From an uncultured Acidimicrobiaceae bacterium (GTDB lineage: Bacteria; Actinomycetota; Acidimicrobiia; Acidimicrobiales; Ilumatobacteraceae), in assembly GCA_903934195.1 (NCBI GenBank), contig CAIZMV010000034.1:2419-66418 (forward strand): a DNA stretch of 64,000 bases. Direction: 5' to 3'. A model generated the notes under the pieces. That model was not told the DNA's origin. It searched no databases and saw nothing but the letters and a program-made list of their open reading frames with translations. Every line of letters starts with the position of its first letter. The stretch's first letter is position 1. Of the stretch, positions 19,801 to 29,085 are shown one piece after another. Made by a program: the position numbers and the translations under genes.

Positions 19801-20670
19801 ATGGGTCGTTTTTGTTACTACTCTGTAAGAGTGCGTAGCGGATTTGTAACCTTTGTTGGTCGACCCAACGTTGGCAAGTCGACGCTCGTAAACGCAATCT
19901 GCGGGGTCAAGATCTCGATTGTTTCCAATAAGCCGCAGACCACTCGAACTCGGATCCGTGGCATTCATCATGCGCCAGATTCACAAGTTGTGTTTGTTGA
20001 CACTCCTGGTTTGCACAAACCCGTCACATTGCTTGGTGAAAAGGTGAATGCAACTGCGCTAGAGAGCGCAAAGGACGTAGACGTTGTTTGTCTTCTCGTA
20101 GATGCAACGAAGCCGTTTGGCCGTGGTGATCAGTGGGTAGCAGATCACATCGATATTGCAAATGCATTCGTGATTGTTAACAAGACCGATAAAGCAACGA
20201 GAGAACAAGTCATTGCACAACTGCATGCTGTCTCGTCTCTGGGTGCCGCCGAGTACTTTCCAGTTTCTGCACGAACTGGTGAGGGTGTACCCGAATTGCT
20301 TGCCGCACTAAAAGCATTGATGCCTGAAGGGCCTGCGTATTATCCGGAAGACATGGTGACGGATACCGAAGACGCACAATGGATTGCCGAATTGGTGCGT
20401 GAACAGCTGCTTGCTGTGTTGAAAGATGAATTGCCGTATTCAGTTGCTACAAAAGTCACCGAATGGGAATGGCCACGTGTGCGTTGCGAGATCTACGTTG
20501 AGCGCGAAAGCCAAAAAGGCATGGTCATTGGCAAGGGCGGGGAACTGCTGAAACAAGTAGGTATTGCCGTCCGTGCTCAAATGCCTGAAGGTGCCTTCAT
20601 AGAACTGCATGTTGTTGTCGATAAAGACTGGCAACAGCAAGCTGACCGACTGGAAAGATTCGGCTACTAG
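19801..20670 (+). CDS. era: GTPase Era
   Basis: G1 GRPNVGKST, G3 DTPG, G4 NKTD, and a C-terminal KH domain. Start is ATG at 19801 or GTG at 19831. Confidence 0.92.
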   Translation: MGRFCYYSVRVRSGFVTFVGRPNVGKSTLVNAICGVKISIVSNKPQTTRTRIRGIHHAPDSQVVFVDTPGLHKPVTLLGEKVNATALESAKDVDVVCLLVDATKPFGRGDQWVADHIDIANAFVIVNKTDKATREQVIAQLHAVSSLGAAEYFPVSARTGEGVPELLAALKALMPEGPAYYPEDMVTDTEDAQWIAELVREQLLAVLKDELPYSVATKVTEWEWPRVRCEIYVERESQKGMVIGKGGELLKQVGIAVRAQMPEGAFIELHVVVDKDWQQQADRLERFGY

Positions 20671-20676
20671 TAGGGG

Positions 20677-22572
20677 CTATTGCGCTGAAGTGATGTCGCG
20701 CAAGAACTGTTCAATTTCAGCGCGATCACGTGTGCGGGTCATCGGCGGAAGAGCCGCGATAAGCGTTCTCCAATAACCGGCTGTTGCCAGGCGACGGTCA
20801 AGAACCGCTACAACACCTTTGTCTTCTGCAGTGCGAATCAGTCGACCAGCAGCTTGTGCAAGTGAAGTGGCTGCAATTGGTAAATCGATTTGGCCGAATG
20901 CAGTGTCGCGGCCGACTGCCTCGCGTCGAGCCTCAAGAAGTGGGTCGTCTGGACGTGGAAATGGAAGTTTGTCGAGAACTACAAGAGACAAGGTTCTTCC
21001 TGGAAGATCGATGCCTTGAAAAAAAGCCTGTGAAGCAAATATGCATGAACTTTCATCTGCCATGAACATTTCGATGAGTTTCTGTCTCGGATAATCGGCA
21101 GGGCTGAGGATGGGCACAGTAAGTCGTTCACGCATTGCGGCGGTGGCCGCGTACAACGCCTTGTTGCTTGTGAACAGCGCCAATGTGCGACCACCCGCTG
21201 CCGTAATCAGCGCTTCAAGTTCGTCGTGAACGAATTCGGTGAAGTTTGGAGCATTGCGATCGGGAAATGTGGGCGAGCAATACAGGCGCGAGTTGCGCTC
21301 GTAGTCAAACGGACTCTCAACCGACAGGATCTCTGTGCCTTCAAGTGGAAGCCCAACACGTTCGGGAAGAGAAGCAGGAATAGTGGCGCTAGTGAGCACT
21401 GCTGCAACGTTTCCCCACACTGAACCAGACATGACTTCACCCACGTGAAGGGGACTGATGCGTAATTGCGGACGATCGGGAGACCCCTCAACGTAGGCAA
21501 CGTAGCCCTGAATGGTGCCGAGTGCGAGGTCAAGTGCCTCTGCAAGTCGCGTTGCCTGAGTCTGTGCCCGGTAGCTCTTTTGTTGCGTTGACTCGTTGTC
21601 GGTTGTGATGCCGCGCAGTGCACCAAGGATGGTGTTGATTTCGATTCGGGCAAGTGCGAGTGGTTCCGTAACTGACGTGGGCATCGGATTGGATATTCGC
21701 TGACCGGACATTGGAGTCAGTGCCTGTGTGAGACGAATGCCCTGAGTTTCCAAGGCGCTAGTGACAGTGGGGTCTGCAATGACTTTTCGTACTGCTGACG
21801 CTAGGGAAGTGAAACGACCAGAGCCCAGTTGTACTCCGACGGTGTCGCTCATGACAGATTCCAATTGGTGCGCTTCGTCAAAAATGACTACTTCATGTTC
21901 GGGAAGGAGCGAACCACCACTAGCAATATGCAGGCCATAAATATGAAGATTGACAACAATTACGTCTGCAGCAGCTGCAGCGTCGCGAGCTTTTTCGGCA
22001 AAGCAGTCGTGTCCAACAGGACATTTTTGTTTTCCGGGACATTCGTCACTGCTGACTGAGACTGCGATGCGAGCGCGTTCACTTGGAACCTTTGGTAGTT
22101 CCTCAAAGTCGCCGGTACGCGTTTTGCCTGCCCATTTGACGATGGATTCAATTTCGCGTTTTGTAGGTCCTGAAACTTCTTCGAATTCCAACTGCCCTGC
22201 GGTTTCACTGAGTTCGTTGATTCGTTGACGACAGACATAGTTGTTGCGTCCCTTGATTACTGCCCACGAAAAATCAATGCCGAGATGCTTTGAAAGTAAG
22301 GGAAGGTCATTGCGGTTCAGCTGATCTTGCAGCGCCTTCGTGGCGGTGGCAACAACGGTCTTCTTGCCGTTGAGAAGAGCAGGAACGAGATACCCGAGCG
22401 ACTTGCCGGTACCTGTTCCCGCTTGAACAATGATGGATCGGCCAGCGGCGAGTGTCTCAGCAATGGCATGTGCCATGTCAATCTGGCCTTGTCGCTCTTC
22501 GGCGCCTTCGAAGGACGATGTGACGGTGCGTAGGGCCTCAATAGATGCGTCGCCAGCAATGGAACGACTCAT
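20677..22572 (-). CDS. dinG: ATP-dependent DNA helicase, DinG/XPD (Rad3-related) family
   Basis: Walker A QAGTGTGKSLGYL. DEAH box (VIFDEAHQLE). Cys cluster (CRQR...CPGKQKCPVGHDC) consistent with an Fe-S domain. Its start overlaps the uppS stop (ATGA). Confidence 0.85.
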   Translation of the reverse strand: MSRSIAGDASIEALRTVTSSFEGAEERQGQIDMAHAIAETLAAGRSIIVQAGTGTGKSLGYLVPALLNGKKTVVATATKALQDQLNRNDLPLLSKHLGIDFSWAVIKGRNNYVCRQRINELSETAGQLEFEEVSGPTKREIESIVKWAGKTRTGDFEELPKVPSERARIAVSVSSDECPGKQKCPVGHDCFAEKARDAAAAADVIVVNLHIYGLHIASGGSLLPEHEVVIFDEAHQLESVMSDTVGVQLGSGRFTSLASAVRKVIADPTVTSALETQGIRLTQALTPMSGQRISNPMPTSVTEPLALARIEINTILGALRGITTDNESTQQKSYRAQTQATRLAEALDLALGTIQGYVAYVEGSPDRPQLRISPLHVGEVMSGSVWGNVAAVLTSATIPASLPERVGLPLEGTEILSVESPFDYERNSRLYCSPTFPDRNAPNFTEFVHDELEALITAAGGRTLALFTSNKALYAATAAMRERLTVPILSPADYPRQKLIEMFMADESSCIFASQAFFQGIDLPGRTLSLVVLDKLPFPRPDDPLLEARREAVGRDTAFGQIDLPIAATSLAQAAGRLIRTAEDKGVVAVLDRRLATAGYWRTLIAALPPMTRTRDRAEIEQFLRDITSAQ

Positions 22573-23258
22573 GAAGTAACGCCAGTGGCGTATGCAGCAA
22601 GAGCGAGGTCGAGTTCGTCAGCATCGAAATCCGGCCAAGTACGTTCGGTGAAGAACACCTTGCTCCCAGTGATCTGCCACAGCATGAAGTTTGAAATTCG
22701 TGATTCTCCTGATGTGCGTACCAGAAGATCAACTGACGGCATCGAAGGGTCATACAGATTTTCAGAGATGCTGTCGGCGTTAACGGTTCCGGCGGTCATA
22801 GCGCGTTTTGTTGCACGAACTAATTCAGCGCGACTTCCGTAATCAAAAGCCACGGTGACCACAAGGCCTGAATTGTGTTCCGTATCGGCAATTGCCTTGC
22901 GAATGGCCTTTTGAACATACACAGGTGTTCTGGCACCAGGTTCAGCAAAAGGACGCCCGATCCATCGGGTGCGGGCATTGTTTTCGTTCATCTCATTGAT
23001 GCGGCCAAATAGTTTGCGATGGAGAGACAAAATATGGCGGACTTCGGTTCGCGGACGCACCCAATTTTCTGTGGAGAATCCGAACACAGTGAGCCAGCCG
23101 ACTGATCTGTGGGCACATGCCCTAACCACCCCAGCGAGGGCTTCTTCACCGGCTGTATGGCCGTCTGTGCGGGGCAGGCCCTTGCGACTTGCCCAACGGC
23201 CATTGCCATCCATAATGCAGGCCACGTGGATAGGAAGGGGCTTCGTAGACACATTCAT
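22569..23258 (-). CDS. uppS: cis-prenyl (undecaprenyl/decaprenyl) diphosphate synthase, catalytic, lacking the C-terminal RRFG tail
   Basis: HVACIMDGNGRWA, FSTENW and RTSGESRISNFMLWQ motifs are present. The protein ends ...LALAAYATGVTS*, immediately before where RxRRFG(G) normally follows. Confidence 0.9.
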   Translation of the reverse strand: MNVSTKPLPIHVACIMDGNGRWASRKGLPRTDGHTAGEEALAGVVRACAHRSVGWLTVFGFSTENWVRPRTEVRHILSLHRKLFGRINEMNENNARTRWIGRPFAEPGARTPVYVQKAIRKAIADTEHNSGLVVTVAFDYGSRAELVRATKRAMTAGTVNADSISENLYDPSMPSVDLLVRTSGESRISNFMLWQITGSKVFFTERTWPDFDADELDLALAAYATGVTS

Positions 23259-23321
23259 GGCATCTGCACCCTAGTTTCTCCGTGCGCCACATGGGAGAGC
23301 ATCGCGTTACGAGGTTGGTGC

Positions 23322-23957
23322 GTGGGAGACTATTGCGTGCCCCAAAGTGCTTTGCCAACATTCCCCGGACTTGACCACGTGGTCGTTGCAGGCGGCACCC
23401 CTGCTCAGTGGGCCGAGATGTCAACGTCAGATTGGACTCAACGTCTCGATGCTCTGGCTGCTGGCGTGAAGAGCAGTGGAGCTCACTGGGTGACCTTGTT
23501 GCCGCACCATGGGCAAGAGTTATCGACAGAAGAAGCTGTGAAATTCTCAGAAAAGTTGTTGAGTACCAGCAAAGTTGTGCTTGAAGACGTTGGACACTGT
23601 GAACGGTTTGTTTGGCATCGCACTGCGAAACAAAGCATCATCGTTGACCCTTCATCAGACGGACATCGCAGATTTGCCTCGGTAGTTGAGTCAATGCGTA
23701 AACAGGGAGTTGACCCGCAATCTGTAGACGAAGATTTATTGACAGAAGCGCTTCTGGCTCCTGCAAATCAAGATGCAGATTTGGTTCTGGTGCTTGGTCC
23801 GCCAGACCGCATGCCTGAATCAATGGTGTGGGAATTGGCGTATTGCGAAATTGTGTTTATCGATCTCGATTGGTCGGCTTTCACTGCTAATCATTTGGAA
23901 CTTGCTATTGACGACTTCAATCGGCGTCACAGGCGTTTTGGCGGGCTCGATTCGTGA
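23322..23957 (+). CDS. Degenerate UppS-like (cis-IPPS fold) paralog that retains the RRFGG C-terminal tail
   Basis: By-eye alignment to UppS: HVVVAGGTPAQWA vs HVACIMDGNGRWA; DLVLVLGPPDRMPESMVWELAYCEIVFIDLDWSAF vs DLLVRTSGESRISNFMLWQITGSKVFFTERTWPDF. The C-terminus is AIDDFNRRHRRFGGLDS. The GTG at 23322 is preceded by GAGG (7-nt spacer). GTG at 23337 is an alternative start. Confidence 0.7.
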   Translation: MGDYCVPQSALPTFPGLDHVVVAGGTPAQWAEMSTSDWTQRLDALAAGVKSSGAHWVTLLPHHGQELSTEEAVKFSEKLLSTSKVVLEDVGHCERFVWHRTAKQSIIVDPSSDGHRRFASVVESMRKQGVDPQSVDEDLLTEALLAPANQDADLVLVLGPPDRMPESMVWELAYCEIVFIDLDWSAFTANHLELAIDDFNRRHRRFGGLDS

Positions 23958-24673
23958 CCACGTATCGCGACAACGCTGTCGTTTTGGGCTCCTACAAGTT
24001 TGGCGAAGCTGATCGTGTTGTTGTTTTGTTGACACAAGAACACGGAAAAATTCGAGCGGTTGCAAAGGGTGTGCGCAAGACAAAGTCTTCAATCGGGGCC
24101 CGATTAGAGCCAATGAGTCATGTTGACGTTTCTCTGCGTTCGGGCAAGGACTTAGACACTGTCTCTGAAGTACGACTCGTTCACACACACTCGGCTCTGC
24201 GCACAGATTTTGATCGGCTTAATCAAGGCCTGTCCATGTTGGAAGCGATCAATAAGTTGACACCTGATCGCGAGCCAGTGCCGCATTTGTACGAAGTGTT
24301 GTCTCGGGCTCTGCATGCACTGAACGAGAGGCACTCGCCACTAATGCTCGGTGCTTTTTATTGGCGACTTCTCACGATTGAAGGCAACGGGCCACAAATT
24401 GACGAGTGTGTTCGATGTGGTGAGGCGGGAAACATCGTGTCCTTTGATGTGCTTGAAGGCGGCGGTCATTGTTCCGCATGCCGATCTGGGGTGCCCATCT
24501 CATCGCAGGCCCTTGAAATTTTGCGGATGGTGCTCGGCGGTCGAATGAATGAAGCGCTTGCACTGCCAGAATCAGGAGCAGTGCATGAAGTCAGTCAATT
24601 GGCGATGGAAGCAATGGAATCTCACCTTGAACGGCGCTTGCGAAGCCTCGGAGTGTTCGACCGCCACTTGTAG
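23954..24673 (+). CDS. recO: DNA repair protein RecO
   Basis: N-terminal OB-fold region (RDNAVVLGSYKFGEADRVV). Zn-finger CVRCG...HCSAC. Its start overlaps the upstream stop. Confidence 0.9.
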   Translation: MTTYRDNAVVLGSYKFGEADRVVVLLTQEHGKIRAVAKGVRKTKSSIGARLEPMSHVDVSLRSGKDLDTVSEVRLVHTHSALRTDFDRLNQGLSMLEAINKLTPDREPVPHLYEVLSRALHALNERHSPLMLGAFYWRLLTIEGNGPQIDECVRCGEAGNIVSFDVLEGGGHCSACRSGVPISSQALEILRMVLGGRMNEALALPESGAVHEVSQLAMEAMESHLERRLRSLGVFDRHL

Positions 24674-24684
24674 GCTGAGAGGCT

Positions 24685-25992
24685 ATGCCAGCAAAAGATC
24701 TCGATCAGATTGTCAATCTGTGTAAGCGCCGCGGATTCGTATTTCCCAGTGCCGAAATTTACGGAGGTTTCCGCTCGTCGTATGACTACGGCCCGCTCGG
24801 TTCATTGATGTTGCGCAATGTGAAGGAAGCGTGGGTTCGCACAATGGTGCAACAACGTGACGACACTGTTCTTATTGACGCAGCCATTCTTGGGCCACCA
24901 CAAGTTTTTGAAGCTTCTGGTCACCTTGAGAACTTTTCCGACCCCCTCGTCGACTGCACGGTCTGTAAGCGCCGCTTTCGCGAAGACCATATTGAGACCC
25001 GCGATTGTCCTCAGGGAATGAAGGGGTGCACGTTTACTGAATCGCGTGCATTCAACTTGATGTTCAAAACTACTGCCGGTCCTGTTGAAGGATCTGGTGC
25101 TGATGTGTACTTGCGCCCCGAGACTGCACAGGGAATGTTCTTGAACTTCTCCAATGTTTTGCAGACAAGTCGCAAGCGCCCGCCGTTTGGTATTGCTCAA
25201 GTCGGAAAAAGTTTCCGCAATGAGATCACTCCAGGAAACTTCATTTTTCGTACTCGCGAGTTCGAGCAAATGGAAATGGAATTCTTTGTTCCGCCAGCCG
25301 ACGGTCCGAAGTGGTACGAATACTGGTGCAAGGCTCGTCTTGACTGGTACATCGAACTAGGTATTCCTGCAGAGATGTTGCGCATTCGCGCACATGATGC
25401 TGATGAACTGTCGCACTATTCTGCAGGCACCAGCGATGTTGAATTCTTGTTCCCTTGGGGATGGGGAGAGCTTGAAGGTATTGCTCAACGCACTGACTTC
25501 GACCTCACTCAACACGCGAATGCTTCAGGCCAGAAACTCGATTTCTTCGACCAAGCTACGAATGAGCGCTACATCCCATATGTTGTAGAACCAGCTGCTG
25601 GCGCTAACCGCACTATGGCTGCTTTCTTGCTAGCCGCTTATGACGAAGACGTGGTGAACGACGAACCTCGTACAGTGCTTCGCTTGCACCCTCGTCTGGC
25701 GCCATACAAGGTGGCCATCTTGCCGCTATCAAAGAAGGACACTTTGACTCCGCTAGCCCGAGAGATCTACGGAACCTTGTCTCAGCGTTACATGTGTGAT
25801 TACGACGAGACTCAAGCAATTGGACGCCGCTATCGCCGGCAGGACGAAATCGGAACACCTTTATGTGTAACGGTGGACTTCGATTCTCTGGAAGACAATG
25901 CTGTCACCATTCGCCACCGTGACTCAACGGAACAGGTTCGCGTGCCTATCTCGAGTCTTCTCTCTGAAGTCACTTCAATTCTCGGCTTTTAA
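24685..25992 (+). CDS. glyQS: Glycine--tRNA ligase (dimeric class II type)
   Basis: N-terminus IVNLCKRRGFVFPSAEIYGG. Class II motifs (FRNEITPGNFIFRTREFEQME). 435 aa. Confidence 0.92.
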   Translation: MPAKDLDQIVNLCKRRGFVFPSAEIYGGFRSSYDYGPLGSLMLRNVKEAWVRTMVQQRDDTVLIDAAILGPPQVFEASGHLENFSDPLVDCTVCKRRFREDHIETRDCPQGMKGCTFTESRAFNLMFKTTAGPVEGSGADVYLRPETAQGMFLNFSNVLQTSRKRPPFGIAQVGKSFRNEITPGNFIFRTREFEQMEMEFFVPPADGPKWYEYWCKARLDWYIELGIPAEMLRIRAHDADELSHYSAGTSDVEFLFPWGWGELEGIAQRTDFDLTQHANASGQKLDFFDQATNERYIPYVVEPAAGANRTMAAFLLAAYDEDVVNDEPRTVLRLHPRLAPYKVAILPLSKKDTLTPLAREIYGTLSQRYMCDYDETQAIGRRYRRQDEIGTPLCVTVDFDSLEDNAVTIRHRDSTEQVRVPISSLLSEVTSILGF

Positions 25993-26057
25993 GCCTGGGA
26001 TGCTGGCGTGTAATATCGTCACATCAGATTGGCTAATGCCAGAAAGAATGGTTCATC

Positions 26058-26363
26058 ATGAGCACAGTTGCATTGTTGGCAAAACTTCCCGCCGCTGAAG
26101 GTAAAGGTGCTGAACTCGCTGAAGCATTCAAGGCAGCGTTTGAGCACGTAAACAAAGAAGCCGGAACTCGTATGTACGTGCTTCATGCAGATGCAACAAA
26201 CGCGGACATTTTGTGGATCTATGAGATCTACGAAAACCAGGATGCAATGAATGCGCACATGACTGCTGATTGGTTTGGTCCTTTCAGCCAGACTCTTGCA
26301 CCATTCATGGGTGGACGCCCAGAGATGTTCTTCCTTACGCCACTTGGCGGCAAGGGCCTCTAA
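26058..26363 (+). CDS. Antibiotic-biosynthesis-monooxygenase (ABM) fold small protein
   Basis: About 100 aa. Ferredoxin-like ABM pattern (YVLHAD...ILWIYEIYENQDAMNAH). Confidence 0.65.
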   Translation: MSTVALLAKLPAAEGKGAELAEAFKAAFEHVNKEAGTRMYVLHADATNADILWIYEIYENQDAMNAHMTADWFGPFSQTLAPFMGGRPEMFFLTPLGGKGL

Positions 26364-26390
26364 CCCGTCTCGTACGAGTGCCCATACAAC

Positions 26391-27182
26391 ATGACGCGCA
26401 CGTACTTAGATGACATCGTTGCTTGGCATCGCACACGTTCTCAGAACGACTCACGGTCGTTCGATGATTTGCTGAACCAGGCCAAGAGTTGCGTACCCAC
26501 TCGCGGATTCGCCTCAAGTATTCGTGAAACACCGCATTTGGCAGTGATTGCTGAAATCAAGCGTCGGTCGCCCTCGAAGGGTGACTTGAATGCAGGCCTA
26601 GATCCTTCTGCGTTGGCGCTGCAGTACCAACGCGGTGGAGCGTCTTGTTTATCCGTGTTAACGGACAGCAATCATTTCGGTGGGTCGGTGGCAGATCTTC
26701 AGCGGGCACGAAACGCTTGCACGGTTCCTGTGATTCGTAAAGATTTCACTGTTGATGCTCGCGATGTCTGCGATGCTCGAATTATGGGTGCTGATTGTGT
26801 GCTTCTGATTGCAGCTGTTCTGTCACCGAGTGAGTTATCGACTTTTCTAGAAGTGGCTCGCGAAGTAGATATTGATGCACTGGTTGAAGTGCATGATGAG
26901 GCTGAACTTGACGTTGCTATGCGTGCAGGAGCAACGTTGGTGGGCGTGAATCAGCGAGATCTAGTTACTTTTGCGGTTGACCAGGCACGGGCCGTACGAA
27001 TGGCCCCACTAATTCCAAACAATGTGGTGAAGGTTGCCGAATCTGGTGTGCGTGGCCGCGCTGACGCTATTGCTCTGCGGGCTGCTGGCTACGACGCAAT
27101 TCTGGTGGGGGAGCATCTGGTGACTTCACCGAACCCAGAAACAGCTCTTACTGAATTGTGCGTTGATAATGAGGCTCAGTAG
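26391..27182 (+). CDS. trpC: Indole-3-glycerol phosphate synthase
   Basis: IAEIKRRSPSKG motif. LSVLTD and IRKDF segments. Confidence 0.92.
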   Translation: MTRTYLDDIVAWHRTRSQNDSRSFDDLLNQAKSCVPTRGFASSIRETPHLAVIAEIKRRSPSKGDLNAGLDPSALALQYQRGGASCLSVLTDSNHFGGSVADLQRARNACTVPVIRKDFTVDARDVCDARIMGADCVLLIAAVLSPSELSTFLEVAREVDIDALVEVHDEAELDVAMRAGATLVGVNQRDLVTFAVDQARAVRMAPLIPNNVVKVAESGVRGRADAIALRAAGYDAILVGEHLVTSPNPETALTELCVDNEAQ

Positions 27183-27210
27183 GCCCTCGTAGCACGACTA
27201 CCGTTATGTC

Positions 27211-27864
27211 ATGTTCGTAAAGATATGTGGCATCACGAATGAGGACGATGCTCTTCTTGCTGTGGCATTAGGTGCTGACGCGATTGGTTTTGTGTTCGCG
27301 CCATCTGTTCGTCAAGTTGCGGTTCAGAAGGTCTACGACATCACTCGACGAATACCGCCAGAAATTCTGACAGTTGGGGTGTTTCGAGATGAGCATCCGA
27401 AAAGAGTCATCGAATTGGTGCAGTCAAGTGGTGTTAAGGCAGCGCAGCTTCATGGACATGAGAGCCCTGCAGACGTCGCCGCAGTTTCACAGCATGTGCG
27501 CACAGTTATCAAGGCTGTTTCTGCTGGCACGGTTGATGCAACCCGCGCCAAAGATTTCGAAACAAAAATGATTTTGGTTGATGCGCCGGAACCTGGATCT
27601 GGTGCCGTGTTCGACTGGAAGATGGCAGCTGAATTGCCAGAAGGTCTGCAGTTAATTCTGGCCGGGGGATTGTCGCCTGAGAATGTGGCCAGTGGAATTT
27701 CAATTGTTCGCCCGTGGGGAGTCGATGTCAGTAGTGGCGTTGAATCTGTACCCGGCCGCAAGGACCCCATACTCCTGAAGCGTTTTATAGAGAATGCACG
27801 AGCTGCGGCTCCGAAGGAATATGACGGTGGTGGTTTTGTGCCATACGACTGGCGTGACGAATGA
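27211..27864 (+). CDS. trpF: Phosphoribosylanthranilate isomerase
   Basis: MFVKICGIT N-terminus. GADAIGFVF and LHG motifs. Sits between trpC and trpB. Confidence 0.88.
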   Translation: MFVKICGITNEDDALLAVALGADAIGFVFAPSVRQVAVQKVYDITRRIPPEILTVGVFRDEHPKRVIELVQSSGVKAAQLHGHESPADVAAVSQHVRTVIKAVSAGTVDATRAKDFETKMILVDAPEPGSGAVFDWKMAAELPEGLQLILAGGLSPENVASGISIVRPWGVDVSSGVESVPGRKDPILLKRFIENARAAAPKEYDGGGFVPYDWRDE

Positions 27865-27918
27865 CATGTCTCACCAATTGGTGATGTAATTCCGACTAAT
27901 TCGTGGTGGAATAAGTAG

Positions 27919-29085
27919 ATGTCGATTTTGCAAACCCCCGGTTCAGACGGACGCTTTGGTGATTTCGGGGGCCGTTTTGTTCCCGAGACCTTGGTGCCAG
28001 CGTGTCAAGAATTGGAAGCAGCGTTTGCAGACGCTTGGAATGATCCGTTGTTTCGTACAGATCTTGACCAGTTGTTGCGTGAGTACGCGGGTCGTCCGAG
28101 CATGATCACTGAGTGTCATAACCTCAGCGAGCAATTGGGCATTCGTCTCTTCTTAAAGCGTGAGGATCTCAATCACACGGGCTCACACAAGATCAATAAT
28201 GTTCTTGGCCAAGTGTTGTTGGCCAAGCGCATGGGCAAGAAAAGAATTGTTGCCGAAACTGGTGCAGGGCAACATGGTGTTGCATCGGCAACCGCTGCAG
28301 CGTTGCTTGGACTCGAGTGCAAGGTGTACATGGGTGAAGTGGACGTTGCTCGCCAAGAACTCAACGTGTTTCGTATGCGCTTGTTGGGCTCAGAAGTTGA
28401 GGCAGTGACATCTGGTAGCAGAACTTTGAAGGACGCGGTCAACGAAGCAATGCGTGACTGGGTGGCGTCTGTAGAGACCACTCATTACTGCCTCGGATCT
28501 GTCATGGGTCCTCATCCGTACCCGTTCATGGTTCGTCAGTTTCATCGTGTGATCGGTGACGAAGCGTTCGTTCAAATGAATGATGCGATCGGCACTAACC
28601 CTGATTTTGTAGTTGCATGTGTCGGCGGTGGTTCTAACGCGATGGGAATCTTCTCTGGCTTCGTTGACACTCCCGCTCGATTGATTGGTGTTGAACCAGC
28701 TGGTGGCGCCGCGGTGTCACGCGGTCAACCTGGCGTTGTTCACGGAATGAAGAGCTATCTGATGCAGGACGAATATGGTCAGGTAGCAGAGGCTCACAGC
28801 ATCTCGGCTGGACTTGATTACCCCGGTGTCGGACCTGAACATTCGTACCTAGCATCCATTGGCCGAGCAGAGTATCCAACCGTTACAGATGACGAAGTAA
28901 TCGCAGGATTTCAACTGATGTCTCGTGCAGAAGGAATTATCCCGGCACTGGAATGCGCCCATGCAATGGCATGGATAAGTCGCGAAGCAAAGAACATGCA
29001 GGGTAAAACAGTTCTGATGAACCTTTCTGGTCGTGGAGACAAAGACGTGGGTCAAATGATGTCCATCCTGAAAGAGTTGATGTGA
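27919..29085 (+). CDS. trpB: Tryptophan synthase beta chain
   Basis: PLP-lysine motif HTGSHKINN, then GAGQHGVA. Confidence 0.95.
   Translation: MSILQTPGSDGRFGDFGGRFVPETLVPACQELEAAFADAWNDPLFRTDLDQLLREYAGRPSMITECHNLSEQLGIRLFLKREDLNHTGSHKINNVLGQVLLAKRMGKKRIVAETGAGQHGVASATAAALLGLECKVYMGEVDVARQELNVFRMRLLGSEVEAVTSGSRTLKDAVNEAMRDWVASVETTHYCLGSVMGPHPYPFMVRQFHRVIGDEAFVQMNDAIGTNPDFVVACVGGGSNAMGIFSGFVDTPARLIGVEPAGGAAVSRGQPGVVHGMKSYLMQDEYGQVAEAHSISAGLDYPGVGPEHSYLASIGRAEYPTVTDDEVIAGFQLMSRAEGIIPALECAHAMAWISREAKNMQGKTVLMNLSGRGDKDVGQMMSILKELM

Noticed and set aside
23109-23321. ORF-track start of the UppS-like gene at 23109
   Set aside because: The first ~50 codons overlap the uppS N-terminus on the opposite strand. 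UppS-like similarity only begins near LDHVVVAGG. The GTG at 23322 with an upstream GAGG is a better start.
25993-26390. Trp attenuator/leader peptide or T-box upstream of the trp genes or glyQS
   Set aside because: The spacers are only 65 nt and 27 nt (and 11 nt before glyQS). There is no tandem-Trp leader ORF and no terminator/antiterminator hairpin pair.
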